Shown piece after piece: positions 51,384-59,452 of a stretch of DNA of 64,000 bases; the first letter of the stretch is position 1, and every line of letters begins with the position of its first letter. Made by a program: the position numbers and the translations under genes. Source of the DNA: Thermoanaerobaculia bacterium (GTDB lineage Bacteria; Acidobacteriota; Thermoanaerobaculia; Gp7-AA8); NCBI GenBank assembly GCA_036399695.1, contig DASWMP010000345.1, forward strand, positions 1,478 through 65,477, written 5' to 3'. A model generated the notes under the pieces. It saw nothing but the letters and a program-made list of their open reading frames with translations, made no database searches and was not told the DNA's origin.

Positions 51384-51632
51384 ATGAACGGGAGTGACAT
51401 CAGGGCCTGGGCGGCGAACCACCGCGCCGGATCGGCGCGCGAACGAATGGAGGCTCGCCGCCATCGGCTCAATCCTGCTGATGCCTTCGCCTCCGCGCTG
51501 GCGCTGCTCGTTTTCGACGAGCTTCAGAACGGCTCGCCGTTCGAGCGGATCGATCCCGTTTCCGACCGTGAGGACGAGCAGATGAGAGCAGCGTGGACGA
51601 AACTTCGCGAGCGGGGAGTCTGTGGCCGCTGA
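51384..51632 (+). CDS. Small ORF (82 aa) overlapping the start of the nucleotidyltransferase gene; possible antitoxin-like partner
   Basis: Weak RBS. 11-nt overlap with the downstream gene. No recognisable fold. Confidence 0.25.
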   Translation: MNGSDIRAWAANHRAGSARERMEARRHRLNPADAFASALALLVFDELQNGSPFERIDPVSDREDEQMRAAWTKLRERGVCGR

Positions 51633-52206
51633 CGACCGGCTCGTTGGCGCACTCCGGGCGCTCGCGGATGCGCTGAACGATCTGTCCGCGCCGTCGATGA
51701 TCATCGGCGGTATCGCCGTGATCGCGGCGGGCGTACCTCGACAGACGATCGACATCGACGCGACGATCCTGGGCCGCGCCACCAGTCCAGAAGATGTCCT
51801 CGCCACGCTCGAACGTCACGAGATCGTTCCCAGAATTTCCGACGCACTCGAGTTTGCCCGCGAGCGTCAGGTCCTTCTGCTCCAGCACTTCCCCAGCCGC
51901 GTCACGATCGAGGTGACATTCGCATGGCTGCCGTTCGAAGAAGACGCGCTGTCTCACGCGTTCGAAGTCGAGCTCCACGGTGTGCGCGTGCGCGTCGCGC
52001 GCCCCGAGGACCTCGTCATCTACAAGGCAGCGGCCTGGCGGGACCGGGATCGCTCAGATATCGAACGCCTGTTGGTCCTGCATCTGGATGACATCGACCT
52101 TTCGAGAATTCGTTCGCTCCTCAATGAGATCGCCGTGGCGCTGGATGATCCCCACCGGCTGGCCGCCTTCGACGCCATCGTGGATCGCGTTCGCCACGGC
52201 GCGTAA
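51622..52206 (+). CDS. Nucleotidyltransferase-fold (Pol-beta-like) protein
   Basis: GTG start after GGGGAG. 'MIIGGIAVIAAGVPRQTIDIDATI' matches the minimal NTase motif hG[GS]-x(n)-DhDh. Confidence 0.5.
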   Translation: MAADDRLVGALRALADALNDLSAPSMIIGGIAVIAAGVPRQTIDIDATILGRATSPEDVLATLERHEIVPRISDALEFARERQVLLLQHFPSRVTIEVTFAWLPFEEDALSHAFEVELHGVRVRVARPEDLVIYKAAAWRDRDRSDIERLLVLHLDDIDLSRIRSLLNEIAVALDDPHRLAAFDAIVDRVRHGA

Positions 52207-52287
52207 ACCCGTCTCGCCCTGCCGCCCGGATCGATCCATCACCGAGCGCTCTTGGTCTTGCTCGTTTCCCCGCTGCACAATACGGCC

Positions 52288-53259
52288 ATGCCGCGCGCCG
52301 CGAAGGTCGAGATCCCCACCACGTCCAACGACGCCATCCTGAAGCTCGGCGCTCGTGAAGTCCGGCTCACGAACTTGCGCAAGCCGTTCTGGAACAAACT
52401 CGGGATCACGAAACGCGATCTCCTCCAGTACTACGCGGACGTCTCCCCCTACCTGCTCCCGCACCTGAAAGACCGGGCCATGGTCATGAAGCGCTACCCG
52501 AACGGCGCGGAAGGGGACTTTTTCTATATGAAGCGGGCGCCGGAGCCGCGGCCTGACTGGATCGAGACCTGCGGCATCATGCACACCGAGGGGCTGGTCA
52601 ACTACCCGATCGTGCAGGACGTCGCCTCGCTCCTCTGGCTGATCAACCTCGGGTGCATCGATCTGAACCCCTGGTACGCCCGCTGCGACGACACGGACCG
52701 CCCCGACTTTCTGCACTTCGACCTCGATCCCGGCCCCGGCGCCGACTTCGACAAAGTCCGCGAAGTCGCCCTGCGCGTGCGCGACATCCTCGGCGCACTG
52801 AAGATGCCGACGTACGCCAAGACGACCGGCTCGAAGGGCATTCACGTCTACATCCCGATCGTCCGCGGGCCACAACAGAAGGAGGTCTGGACGTTCGCCA
52901 AGGCCATCGCCATCGAGCTGGAGCACCGCCATTCGAAGATCATCACGGCCGAGTACCGCAAGGTGAAGCGGCCGCATGGGCGGGTCCTCGTCGACTACAA
53001 CCAGAACGCCTGGGGACGGACGCTGGCGTCGATCTACTCCCTCCGTCCCACCCCCTTCGCCGGCGCCTCCGCGCCCGTGACCTGGGAGGAGATCGAGGAA
53101 GGGATCCGCATCGACGACTTCCGCTACGACAACATCCGCGCGCGGCTGGCCGAGGTCGGCGATCTCTGGAAACCGGTCCTGGGGAAGAAGCGGTTCGACC
53201 TCATGGGCGTCTTCGAGCCGAAGAAGCCGCGGAAGAAGAGCACGGCCGCCGGCGCGTGA
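52288..53259 (+). CDS. Standalone DNA ligase D polymerase domain (NHEJ primase-polymerase, PolDom)
   Basis: 'VRLTNLRKPFW...TKRDLLQYYADVSPYLLPHLKDRAMVMKRYPNG...FFYMK', 'FLHFDLDPGPG', 'KTTGSKGIHVYIPI', 'VLVDYNQNAWGRTLASIYSLRP' align to the LigD-Pol consensus. Confidence 0.85.
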   Translation: MPRAAKVEIPTTSNDAILKLGAREVRLTNLRKPFWNKLGITKRDLLQYYADVSPYLLPHLKDRAMVMKRYPNGAEGDFFYMKRAPEPRPDWIETCGIMHTEGLVNYPIVQDVASLLWLINLGCIDLNPWYARCDDTDRPDFLHFDLDPGPGADFDKVREVALRVRDILGALKMPTYAKTTGSKGIHVYIPIVRGPQQKEVWTFAKAIAIELEHRHSKIITAEYRKVKRPHGRVLVDYNQNAWGRTLASIYSLRPTPFAGASAPVTWEEIEEGIRIDDFRYDNIRARLAEVGDLWKPVLGKKRFDLMGVFEPKKPRKKSTAAGA

Positions 53260-53302
53260 GGCGCCCGGAAGGCGGAAGGGCGCCCCGCGTGTTGATCCGG
53301 AC

Positions 53303-54700
53303 GTGAAGCGATCTCTCGGCTCTCTGCTCTTCGCCCTCTTCGCGCTCCTCGTGACGTCGGCCGCGCACGCGCAGACGGTGCGCATCACCGAGAAGCCGGC
53401 CCGTCTCTCGTTCGGCAACCTCAACGTCCCGGTCGTCGCCACGGCGCCGGTGACGCGGCTGGAACTGCAGATCAACGGCGTGAAGTGGCGCACGGCCGAA
53501 GGGCAGGTGGCCACGTTTCAGGTGCCGCTCGGCCACTTCATCCGCCGCATGCGCATGCAGGTCATCGGCTACGACGCCGAGGGGAAGATCGTGGGCGAAG
53601 ACGAGATGGTGGTGAACGATCCCCGTCCGCCGTTCCGCGTCCGCCTCCAGGCGCCGGCGCAGCTTCCGGAGTCGGGCGTGCTCGAAATGCACGCGAACGT
53701 CACCCGTCCGTCCGAGATCGTGGTTGGCGCGGTGGACTTTTACGTCGGCGAGGAGAAAGTGGCCACGACGGCCCGCGCGCCCTACAGCGTTTCGGTCGAC
53801 CCGGCGAAGTTTCCGGGCGCGGTTTACGCGCGCGTCGTGGCCCACGCCACGAACGGCGAGGAAGCGAACGACGTCTTCTTCTTCGGCGACCGCGCCCGGG
53901 ACCAGATCGACGTAACGCTGCAGCAGATCCCCCTGTCCGTCGCCAAAGGCAGCACCCCGCTGCGCATCGAAGACCTGACCCTGATCGACGACGGGAAGCC
54001 GAAGAAGATCGAGTCGCTGGTCGCGGCCGGCGATCAGCCGTTGAGCGTTATCCTGCTCATCGACTACAGCGAAAGCATGCTGGAGGAGCTGCCGGTCGTG
54101 AAAGCGGCCGCCAAGCAGTTCGCTCAGGCTCTGCTCCGCCCGCAGGACCGCATCGCGGTCGTCGGCTTCAATCAGCAGACGTTCTGGCTCACCGGCTGGA
54201 CGAACGACTGGAACGCCGCCGCCCAGGCGGTGGACCGGGTGAAGCCGATCGGCGAGACGCATCTCTACGACAGCGCGGTGGAGATGCTGTACGAGATCCA
54301 GAAGCAGCCGGGCCGCCACGCCCTGGTGATCCTCACGGACGGCGTGGACCAGGGGAGCGTCTTCAAGCTCGATCACCTGGCCCACTACGCCCGCTACGCC
54401 GGCGTCCCGGTCTATCCGGTGGTGAAAAACAAGATGCTGACGCGCTTCATGCGCTTCGGGATCGGCCAGTTGCAGGCACGCAAGCTGACGAATCTCGCCA
54501 ACGAGACTGGTGCAACATACTTCATCATCAAGAGCGAGCAGGAGCTCCCCGGGGTCTATAACCGCATCGCCCAGGAGCTCCGCCAGCAGTACCGCATCGT
54601 CTTCTATTCGGACGCCACGGGCGCCGAGTACTGGCACCCCCTGGCCCTCCAGACAAAGGCCGGCCAATCCCTGCGCATCCCGAAAGGCTACTTCCCGTAA
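53303..54700 (+). CDS. Secreted protein with a C-terminal von Willebrand factor A (VWA) domain
   Basis: Signal peptide 'MKRSLGSLLFALFALLVTSAAHAQ'. MIDAS 'LLIDYSESM', 'LYDSAVEM', 'VILTDGVDQGS'. Confidence 0.7.
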   Translation: MKRSLGSLLFALFALLVTSAAHAQTVRITEKPARLSFGNLNVPVVATAPVTRLELQINGVKWRTAEGQVATFQVPLGHFIRRMRMQVIGYDAEGKIVGEDEMVVNDPRPPFRVRLQAPAQLPESGVLEMHANVTRPSEIVVGAVDFYVGEEKVATTARAPYSVSVDPAKFPGAVYARVVAHATNGEEANDVFFFGDRARDQIDVTLQQIPLSVAKGSTPLRIEDLTLIDDGKPKKIESLVAAGDQPLSVILLIDYSESMLEELPVVKAAAKQFAQALLRPQDRIAVVGFNQQTFWLTGWTNDWNAAAQAVDRVKPIGETHLYDSAVEMLYEIQKQPGRHALVILTDGVDQGSVFKLDHLAHYARYAGVPVYPVVKNKMLTRFMRFGIGQLQARKLTNLANETGATYFIIKSEQELPGVYNRIAQELRQQYRIVFYSDATGAEYWHPLALQTKAGQSLRIPKGYFP

Positions 54701-54847
54701 CAGTTGGCGGTTGGCGGTACGCGCGCTTCGCGCGCTCGCGGTTGGCGGTGGCTGAAACCGGGGCCAGCGGCGCTCTCCCGTCGTTGGGGGTTTCGGCTAC
54801 CGCCAACCGCCATCGCGCAAAGCGCGCGTACCGCCAACCGCCAACTG
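54701..54847. repeat. Long palindrome (about 147 bp) of family C with (GTTGGCG) arms
   Basis: cagttggcggttggcggtacgcgcgcttcgcgcgctcgcggttggcggtggctgaaacc ... ggtttcggctaccgccaaccgccatcgcgcaaagcgcgcgtaccgccaaccgccaactg. Confidence 0.7.
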
Positions 54848-54863
54848 ATTCACGGCACGGTCC

Positions 54864-56051
54864 GTGAACACGGACGCGTCTGTGGCTGAGGACGAACAGG
54901 GAGCGGCGCTCTTTCCGGATGGGAAGAAGCGTCATCGTGTTTATCGCGGGCTCAACGAACGGCAGGAGCACATCTTCACCTGGATCGCCGTCGTCATCGT
55001 GCTGCTCTTCGCCACCGCCTGGCTCGGCGGCATCATCGAGACCTTCCGGCTGCGGCGGGCCGCGGTTGCCGAAGCCAAAGCCACCGGCCACCCTGTCGTG
55101 CTGCCTCCCGCGCCGACCCGGCAGATCACCGCTGCCCTGACGCAGCCCGGGACCCCTTCCACCGCGTACATCAACGACGCCCTGCTCGGATTTTTGAATC
55201 CGTTGCGGGGGGAGAGCGGCGCGGTCCAGTTCGCGCCGGTGCTGCCGGGCGAGACCGTGGCGCCGGGAGCGCCGGGCGAAGCGGACGCCGTGCTGACGCA
55301 GGGTGGGGCACGCCAGGTCTCACCTGACTTTGCGGCTCCGTCGAGCCCTGGCGTCTACAAACTGGCCGTGCAGGTCCAGCAGGCCACCCGCATCGTGGAG
55401 AACATCAACGTCATCACCCTCGTGCCCATGTCGCAGAAGCGTGGCGGCAAGATCGGGCTCTACTACCTCGGGAGCTGGCCTTTCGAGGGGGGCGGCAAGC
55501 CGCGCGGCGAGCGTTACCAGCCGCCCCGCGGCTTCATCGAGGTGACCAGGGAGAACCAGAACACCCGCGTCTCCGAGCACTTCCGCCTGCGCGACTTCCT
55601 GACCAAGGACCAGCGCAACGTCTGGCCGAAATACCTCCTGCTCGACGCGCAGCTCATCGACAAGCTCGAGCTGACGATCCAGGAACTGGAGGCGCAGGGC
55701 GTCCGCGTCGACAACGTGCACGTCATGAGCGGCTTCCGGACACCCCGCTACAACCACAGCGGCGGCAACACGGCCGGCCGGGCGAACCTCAGCCGGCACA
55801 TGTACGGCGATGCAGCCGACGTTTACGTCGACAACAACCAGGACGGCCAGCCGGACGACATCACCAAAGACGGCCGCGTCGACACCCGCGACGCGCAGTT
55901 CTTCGCCGACGCGGCCGAACGGGTGGAGCGGAAGTACAGCCGCCTGGTGGGCGGCATTGGCGTTTATTCAGCATGCTGCGGGCACGGACCCTTCACGCAC
56001 ATCGACGTGCGGGGCTTCCGCGCGCGCTGGCGCGGCACCGGCAATGGCTAG
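54864..56051 (+). CDS. Membrane-anchored peptidase M15A (DUF882/YcbK-like) family protein
   Basis: GTG start. TM helix 'IFTWIAVVIVLLFATAWLGG'. 'HVMSGFRTPRYNHSGGNTAGRANLSRHMYGDAADVYV' matches the DUF882 Zn-peptidase core. Confidence 0.6.
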   Translation: MNTDASVAEDEQGAALFPDGKKRHRVYRGLNERQEHIFTWIAVVIVLLFATAWLGGIIETFRLRRAAVAEAKATGHPVVLPPAPTRQITAALTQPGTPSTAYINDALLGFLNPLRGESGAVQFAPVLPGETVAPGAPGEADAVLTQGGARQVSPDFAAPSSPGVYKLAVQVQQATRIVENINVITLVPMSQKRGGKIGLYYLGSWPFEGGGKPRGERYQPPRGFIEVTRENQNTRVSEHFRLRDFLTKDQRNVWPKYLLLDAQLIDKLELTIQELEAQGVRVDNVHVMSGFRTPRYNHSGGNTAGRANLSRHMYGDAADVYVDNNQDGQPDDITKDGRVDTRDAQFFADAAERVERKYSRLVGGIGVYSACCGHGPFTHIDVRGFRARWRGTGNG

Positions 56052-56062
56052 TTAACGAGTCG

Positions 56063-56131
56063 GCAGTACGCGGTTGGCGGGAGGCAGGAGAACGGTTTCA
56101 CTGCCAACCGCCAACTGCCAACCGCCAACTT
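56063..56131. repeat. Imperfect hairpin of family C with (CCAACYG) arms
   Basis: cagtacgcggttggcgg ... ccgccaactgccaaccgccaact. Confidence 0.55.
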
Positions 56132-56142
56132 CAGGAGGAAGT

Positions 56143-56652
56143 GTGGCAACAGAAGTCCCGTGTCCCGAATGTGCAACGCCCCGCACCGATCTTTCGGTGG
56201 TCTGTCCCACGTGCGGCGCGCCGCCGGTCCGTCCGGGAGAACAGCGCGCCCTGACGGGCGAGGAAGTACGTGCGGCCGATCTCGAGCCCTACGTCACGCT
56301 GCGCTACATCGCGCGGCTGTTCAAGGTCTTCGCGATCCTCGTCATCGTGATGCTCATCGGCGAAGTCGTGACCGGTGTGGCGTCCGAAGGGCAGGGCGCT
56401 CTCTATACGCTCATCGGCGAAGCAACGCAGTTGCTCGTCCTGGCAGGCCTCATGTGGGCCGGCGGCGACGTGACGCTGCTGATCATCGACGCCGGCCATG
56501 ACCTCCGCGTCGCCCGCATCCTCCTCGGCCGCATCAACGCCGAGCTCCACCGCCGCGCCGGCGACACCGCCGACACCACCGCCGCCGACCGCCTGGCACC
56601 GCCGACCCTCGCGGAGAAGGCGGAGCGGAGGAGCGATCCGAACAGGCGTTGA
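56143..56652 (+). CDS. Zinc-ribbon (CPxC...CPxC) membrane protein
   Basis: AGGAGG 4 nt before the GTG. 'VPCPECATPRTDLSVVCPTCGAP', followed by a hydrophobic segment. Confidence 0.45.
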   Translation: MATEVPCPECATPRTDLSVVCPTCGAPPVRPGEQRALTGEEVRAADLEPYVTLRYIARLFKVFAILVIVMLIGEVVTGVASEGQGALYTLIGEATQLLVLAGLMWAGGDVTLLIIDAGHDLRVARILLGRINAELHRRAGDTADTTAADRLAPPTLAEKAERRSDPNRR

Positions 56653-56676
56653 GGCGCGCTCCGCGCGCGCAACGCG

Positions 56677-57516
56677 CTAGACGATCGCCCTCCCCATCAC
56701 TTCGCGCAGCTCCTTGAACACGTTCTCCGGCGGGATGCCGAGCTCGCGGTAGCCGGCGGCGCGGCGGAGGACGTTTTCGGCGGTCTTTTCGTCGAAGATG
56801 CGGCCGTCGACGGTGCGGTGGTTCAGCTCGCAGAAAGCCAGGAGGGCGGCCAGGGCGACGCGGCGGTTGCCGCCGCGGAAGGGGCGGGCCTGGAGGATGG
56901 CGAAGACGAAGGCCGCGACTTTGTCGGGGAACGTCGGGTACGCCTCCCGTCCGAGGGTGGTCAGTTGCGGGCGCTGGACGGCGTTCGCGAGGCCGAACTG
57001 CGACTCGACGAGACCGGGATGGGCGTGATTGCCCCCGAACTCCACGCTGACGGCGCGGTGGAGGTCCACCAGATCCTGCGCGTTGAGATAACGGACGCCG
57101 CCGTCAGTCTGCGAGGCGCCGGAAGGCGTTGGGGTACTTTTTGATGGCGCGCTCGTAGGCGCTGGCGATGACGGGATTGGAGATGGAGAAGTCTTCGTCG
57201 ACGGGAGCGGGACGGCTTTTGCCACGCGCTCCTTTGCCGTTGGCGGGGGCTGCGGGGGAGGAGGCGCTGCTTTGACCGGCGGCCGCGATTGGGCCGGCGC
57301 TGCTGCCTTTGCGGGCGGCTTTGCTGCCGCTTTCTGCGCCGCGGCCGGCTTCTTTGCCGCTGGCACCGGCGCTTTGACTGCTTTTGCTGGCTTTGCTGCT
57401 TTTGCCGGAGGCTTCGCCGCCGGTCGTGCCGGCGCTTTTGACGCCTTCGCCGGCTTTGCTGCTGCTTTTTTTCCCTGAGGTTTGGCTGGCTGATTTCGCT
57501 TTTGCTTGGTCGCCAT
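56677..57516 (-). CDS. Doc/Fic-family (death-on-curing) toxin-domain protein with a long Lys/Ala/Pro-rich N-terminal extension (N-terminus uncertain)
   Basis: Doc core 'VRYLNAQDLVDLHRAVSVEFGGNHAHPGLVESQFGLANAVQRPQ' and Fic-like 'ARPFRGGNRRVALAALLAFCELNH'. No in-frame start codon between 57100 and 57516 other than the ATG at 57516. Confidence 0.55.
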   Translation of the reverse strand: MATKQKRNQPAKPQGKKAAAKPAKASKAPARPAAKPPAKAAKPAKAVKAPVPAAKKPAAAQKAAAKPPAKAAAPAQSRPPVKAAPPPPQPPPTAKERVAKAVPLPSTKTSPSPIPSSPAPTSAPSKSTPTPSGASQTDGGVRYLNAQDLVDLHRAVSVEFGGNHAHPGLVESQFGLANAVQRPQLTTLGREAYPTFPDKVAAFVFAILQARPFRGGNRRVALAALLAFCELNHRTVDGRIFDEKTAENVLRRAAGYRELGIPPENVFKELREVMGRAIV

Positions 57517-57523
57517 GCTTCAT
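57104..57523 (-). CDS. Alternate-frame ORF: Ser/Lys/Gly-rich disordered protein with a structured C-terminus 'PVDEDFSISNPVIASAYERAIKKYPNAFRRLAD' (possible antitoxin)
   Basis: RBS GAGGGAC 4 nt before the ATG. Ends exactly where the Doc core begins. Overlaps the extension of the 56677-57516 ORF in a different frame, so only one of the two readings can be fully real. Confidence 0.35.
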   Translation of the reverse strand: MKHGDQAKAKSASQTSGKKSSSKAGEGVKSAGTTGGEASGKSSKASKSSQSAGASGKEAGRGAESGSKAARKGSSAGPIAAAGQSSASSPAAPANGKGARGKSRPAPVDEDFSISNPVIASAYERAIKKYPNAFRRLAD

Positions 57524-57688
57524 TTGGTCCCTCAGACGACGAGTGTAGACCCGTTAACTCGTTGAGTCAATGCAGCTTACGCATGACTCAATTTCTGACC
57601 CGTCATTACGGGAAGGCGGACGATCCACTTAAGTCGCTGAAAGGAGACCACTTGCCGACCGGCAGCGAAGTGCACTACTTCGTGTGCA

Positions 57689-57982
57689 TCACTCCGGCAA
57701 TTCGGCGTCCGCTCCCCCGGCTGACCCATCCTCGTTGAGCGGCACCGGATCGATCGCCAGCAGCGCCTTCGCCTTCTCCGTCAGCGTGAACGTCTCCCGC
57801 GCGGCATCGGCCTCGAGGTACCCCTTCTCGACCAGCGCCAGCGCCGGCGCATCCCCACCCCCGGCCGGATGCCGGATCGCCTTGATGGCCGTAACCGGCA
57901 ACGACTCGACCGTCATGCGCCGAAACTCCTGCAGCACGCGGAGCTCCTGTGTGGTGAGGCCGTAGGGGAGGATGATTGGCAT
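57689..57982 (-). CDS. Small hypothetical ORF (97 aa)
   Basis: Moderately coding-like; no RBS; no recognised domain. Confidence 0.25.
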   Translation of the reverse strand: MPIILPYGLTTQELRVLQEFRRMTVESLPVTAIKAIRHPAGGGDAPALALVEKGYLEADAARETFTLTEKAKALLAIDPVPLNEDGSAGGADAELPE

Positions 57983-58051
57983 TTGGGGATTGTAGCGTGG
58001 TCGGGTTTGCGGCGTGTGGGGCTGCGTGGGGCGAGCACGGAAGAGGGGGGC

Positions 58052-58148
58052 TGTTTTTGGTTTTGGTTTTTGGTTGTTGGTGCTTCGCTATGCGAGGGCT
58101 CGGCGCGCGGCGCAGCACCAAAAACCCAAAACCAAAAACCAACAACTA
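58052..58148. repeat. Hairpin of family C with (TTTTGGT) arms
   Basis: gctgtttttggttttggtttttggttgttggtgcttcgc ... gcgcagcaccaaaaacccaaaaccaaaaaccaacaac. Confidence 0.65.
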
Positions 58149-58157
58149 CGTCGCGTG

Positions 58158-58964
58158 TCAGCGGAGCTGACACGCGGGACACCAAAACGTCACCCTCACA
58201 TCCCTTCCCTGCTTCGTCATCTCGATCTTCGTGCCGCATTTGCGGCAGGGGAGGGCGCGGCGGGCGTAGACGTAGAGGCGTTGGCCGCGGTCGAGGCTTC
58301 CGGTGGTTTCGCGGCCGCCGTTGCGTTTGTTCACGTTCATCTGCATCACGCGGCGGGCTACGCGCAGGAGCTCGTGGAGCTCTTCGTCCGTGACGCTTTC
58401 GACCTTCCGGAAAGGGCTGATGCCCCGCAGGAAGAGGAGCTCGGATTTGTACTCGTTGCCGATGCCGGAGACGACGCGCTGATTGAGGATCACGTCGGCG
58501 ATCTCTTCGTTGTTGCGGGCGCGGATGCGGCGGACGGCTTCGTCCGCGTCGAACGTTTCGCCGAGGAGATCGGGGCCGATCAGACGGAGATCGTCCTGCC
58601 GGGCCAGCGAGCGCGCGTCGTGGAACTCGGCCACCGGCACGTTGAAGGCGACGGCGACGAAGTCCTCCGTCGCCAGGACGATGCGCATGTCGCTGCGCGG
58701 CTTCCGCCACCGCTCCCCCGGACGGTAGATGTGCCACGAGCCGTTCATGCGCATGTGGGTGTGCAGATGCAGATCGCCCGAGAGCTCGATCAGCAGATTC
58801 TTGCCCGCCGCGCCGACGCGCTCGATCGTCCGCCCCGCGAGCGGCGCGTCTTCGTCGATCCGCGCGAGCTGCGGAAACACGGTCTCGAACCGCGTCACCT
58901 GCTTCCCCGCCAGCGCCTTGTGCAGCACCCGCGCGGCGCGGTGGATCGTGTCACCCTCGGGCAT
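58158..58964 (-). CDS. Fpg/Nei-family DNA glycosylase (formamidopyrimidine/endonuclease VIII-like)
   Basis: Start 'MPEGDTIHRAARVL' (catalytic Pro2/Glu3). H2TH region. C-terminal zinc finger 'CRKCGTKI...FWCPACQ'. Confidence 0.8.
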   Translation of the reverse strand: MPEGDTIHRAARVLHKALAGKQVTRFETVFPQLARIDEDAPLAGRTIERVGAAGKNLLIELSGDLHLHTHMRMNGSWHIYRPGERWRKPRSDMRIVLATEDFVAVAFNVPVAEFHDARSLARQDDLRLIGPDLLGETFDADEAVRRIRARNNEEIADVILNQRVVSGIGNEYKSELLFLRGISPFRKVESVTDEELHELLRVARRVMQMNVNKRNGGRETTGSLDRGQRLYVYARRALPCRKCGTKIEMTKQGRDVRVTFWCPACQLR

Positions 58965-59343
58965 GGAACGTCGGGTGGAGCGACAGGAACCGCCAGCCGC
59001 CCTCCTCCTGCACCAGCACGGCATTGATGCGATGCGCCAGCGCGTAGCGTTTGCCGTTCGGCGCCAGAGCGCCGTCGATCACCGCGTCCGCTTCGACGAC
59101 GACGGTGGCGTCGGACAACTCCCGCATTTGTATCGAGTCGACGCGGTACGTGCTCTCCCGCATCGTCTCCTCATGCTCCCGCCCCAGCAGCGCCGCCACC
59201 CCCTCCCGCCCGCTGGCGAACCGCCCCCACGGGTCCACCGCGCTCCCCTGCGCGGACCAGCACGCCGCCATCCGCGCAAGATCATGCGCGTTCCAGGCAG
59301 CAGAGAATTCGTCGAAAGCGGCGCGGATCTCGGGTTCGGTCAT
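58951..59343 (-). CDS. SnoaL/NTF2-like domain protein
   Basis: RBS AAAGGAG before the ATG 'MTEPEIRAAFDEFSAAWNAHDLARMAACW'. 14-nt overlap with the fpg start. Confidence 0.6.
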   Translation of the reverse strand: MTEPEIRAAFDEFSAAWNAHDLARMAACWSAQGSAVDPWGRFASGREGVAALLGREHEETMRESTYRVDSIQMRELSDATVVVEADAVIDGALAPNGKRYALAHRINAVLVQEEGGWRFLSLHPTFHARG

Positions 59344-59362
59344 GCGGCTCCTTTGATGATCT

Positions 59363-59437
59363 CGGAGTGCGGTGGCGGACGGACGCCACCGCTCGTTTAC
59401 ACGTGTAGCAGTGCGGTGGCGTTCGCCACCGCACTCC
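59363..59437. repeat. Two adjacent REP-like hairpins of family A
   Basis: ctcggagtgcggtggcggacggacgccaccgctc and cagtgcggtggcgttcgccaccgcactcc. Confidence 0.6.
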
Positions 59438-59452
59438 AAGAAGCGTCGTTTT

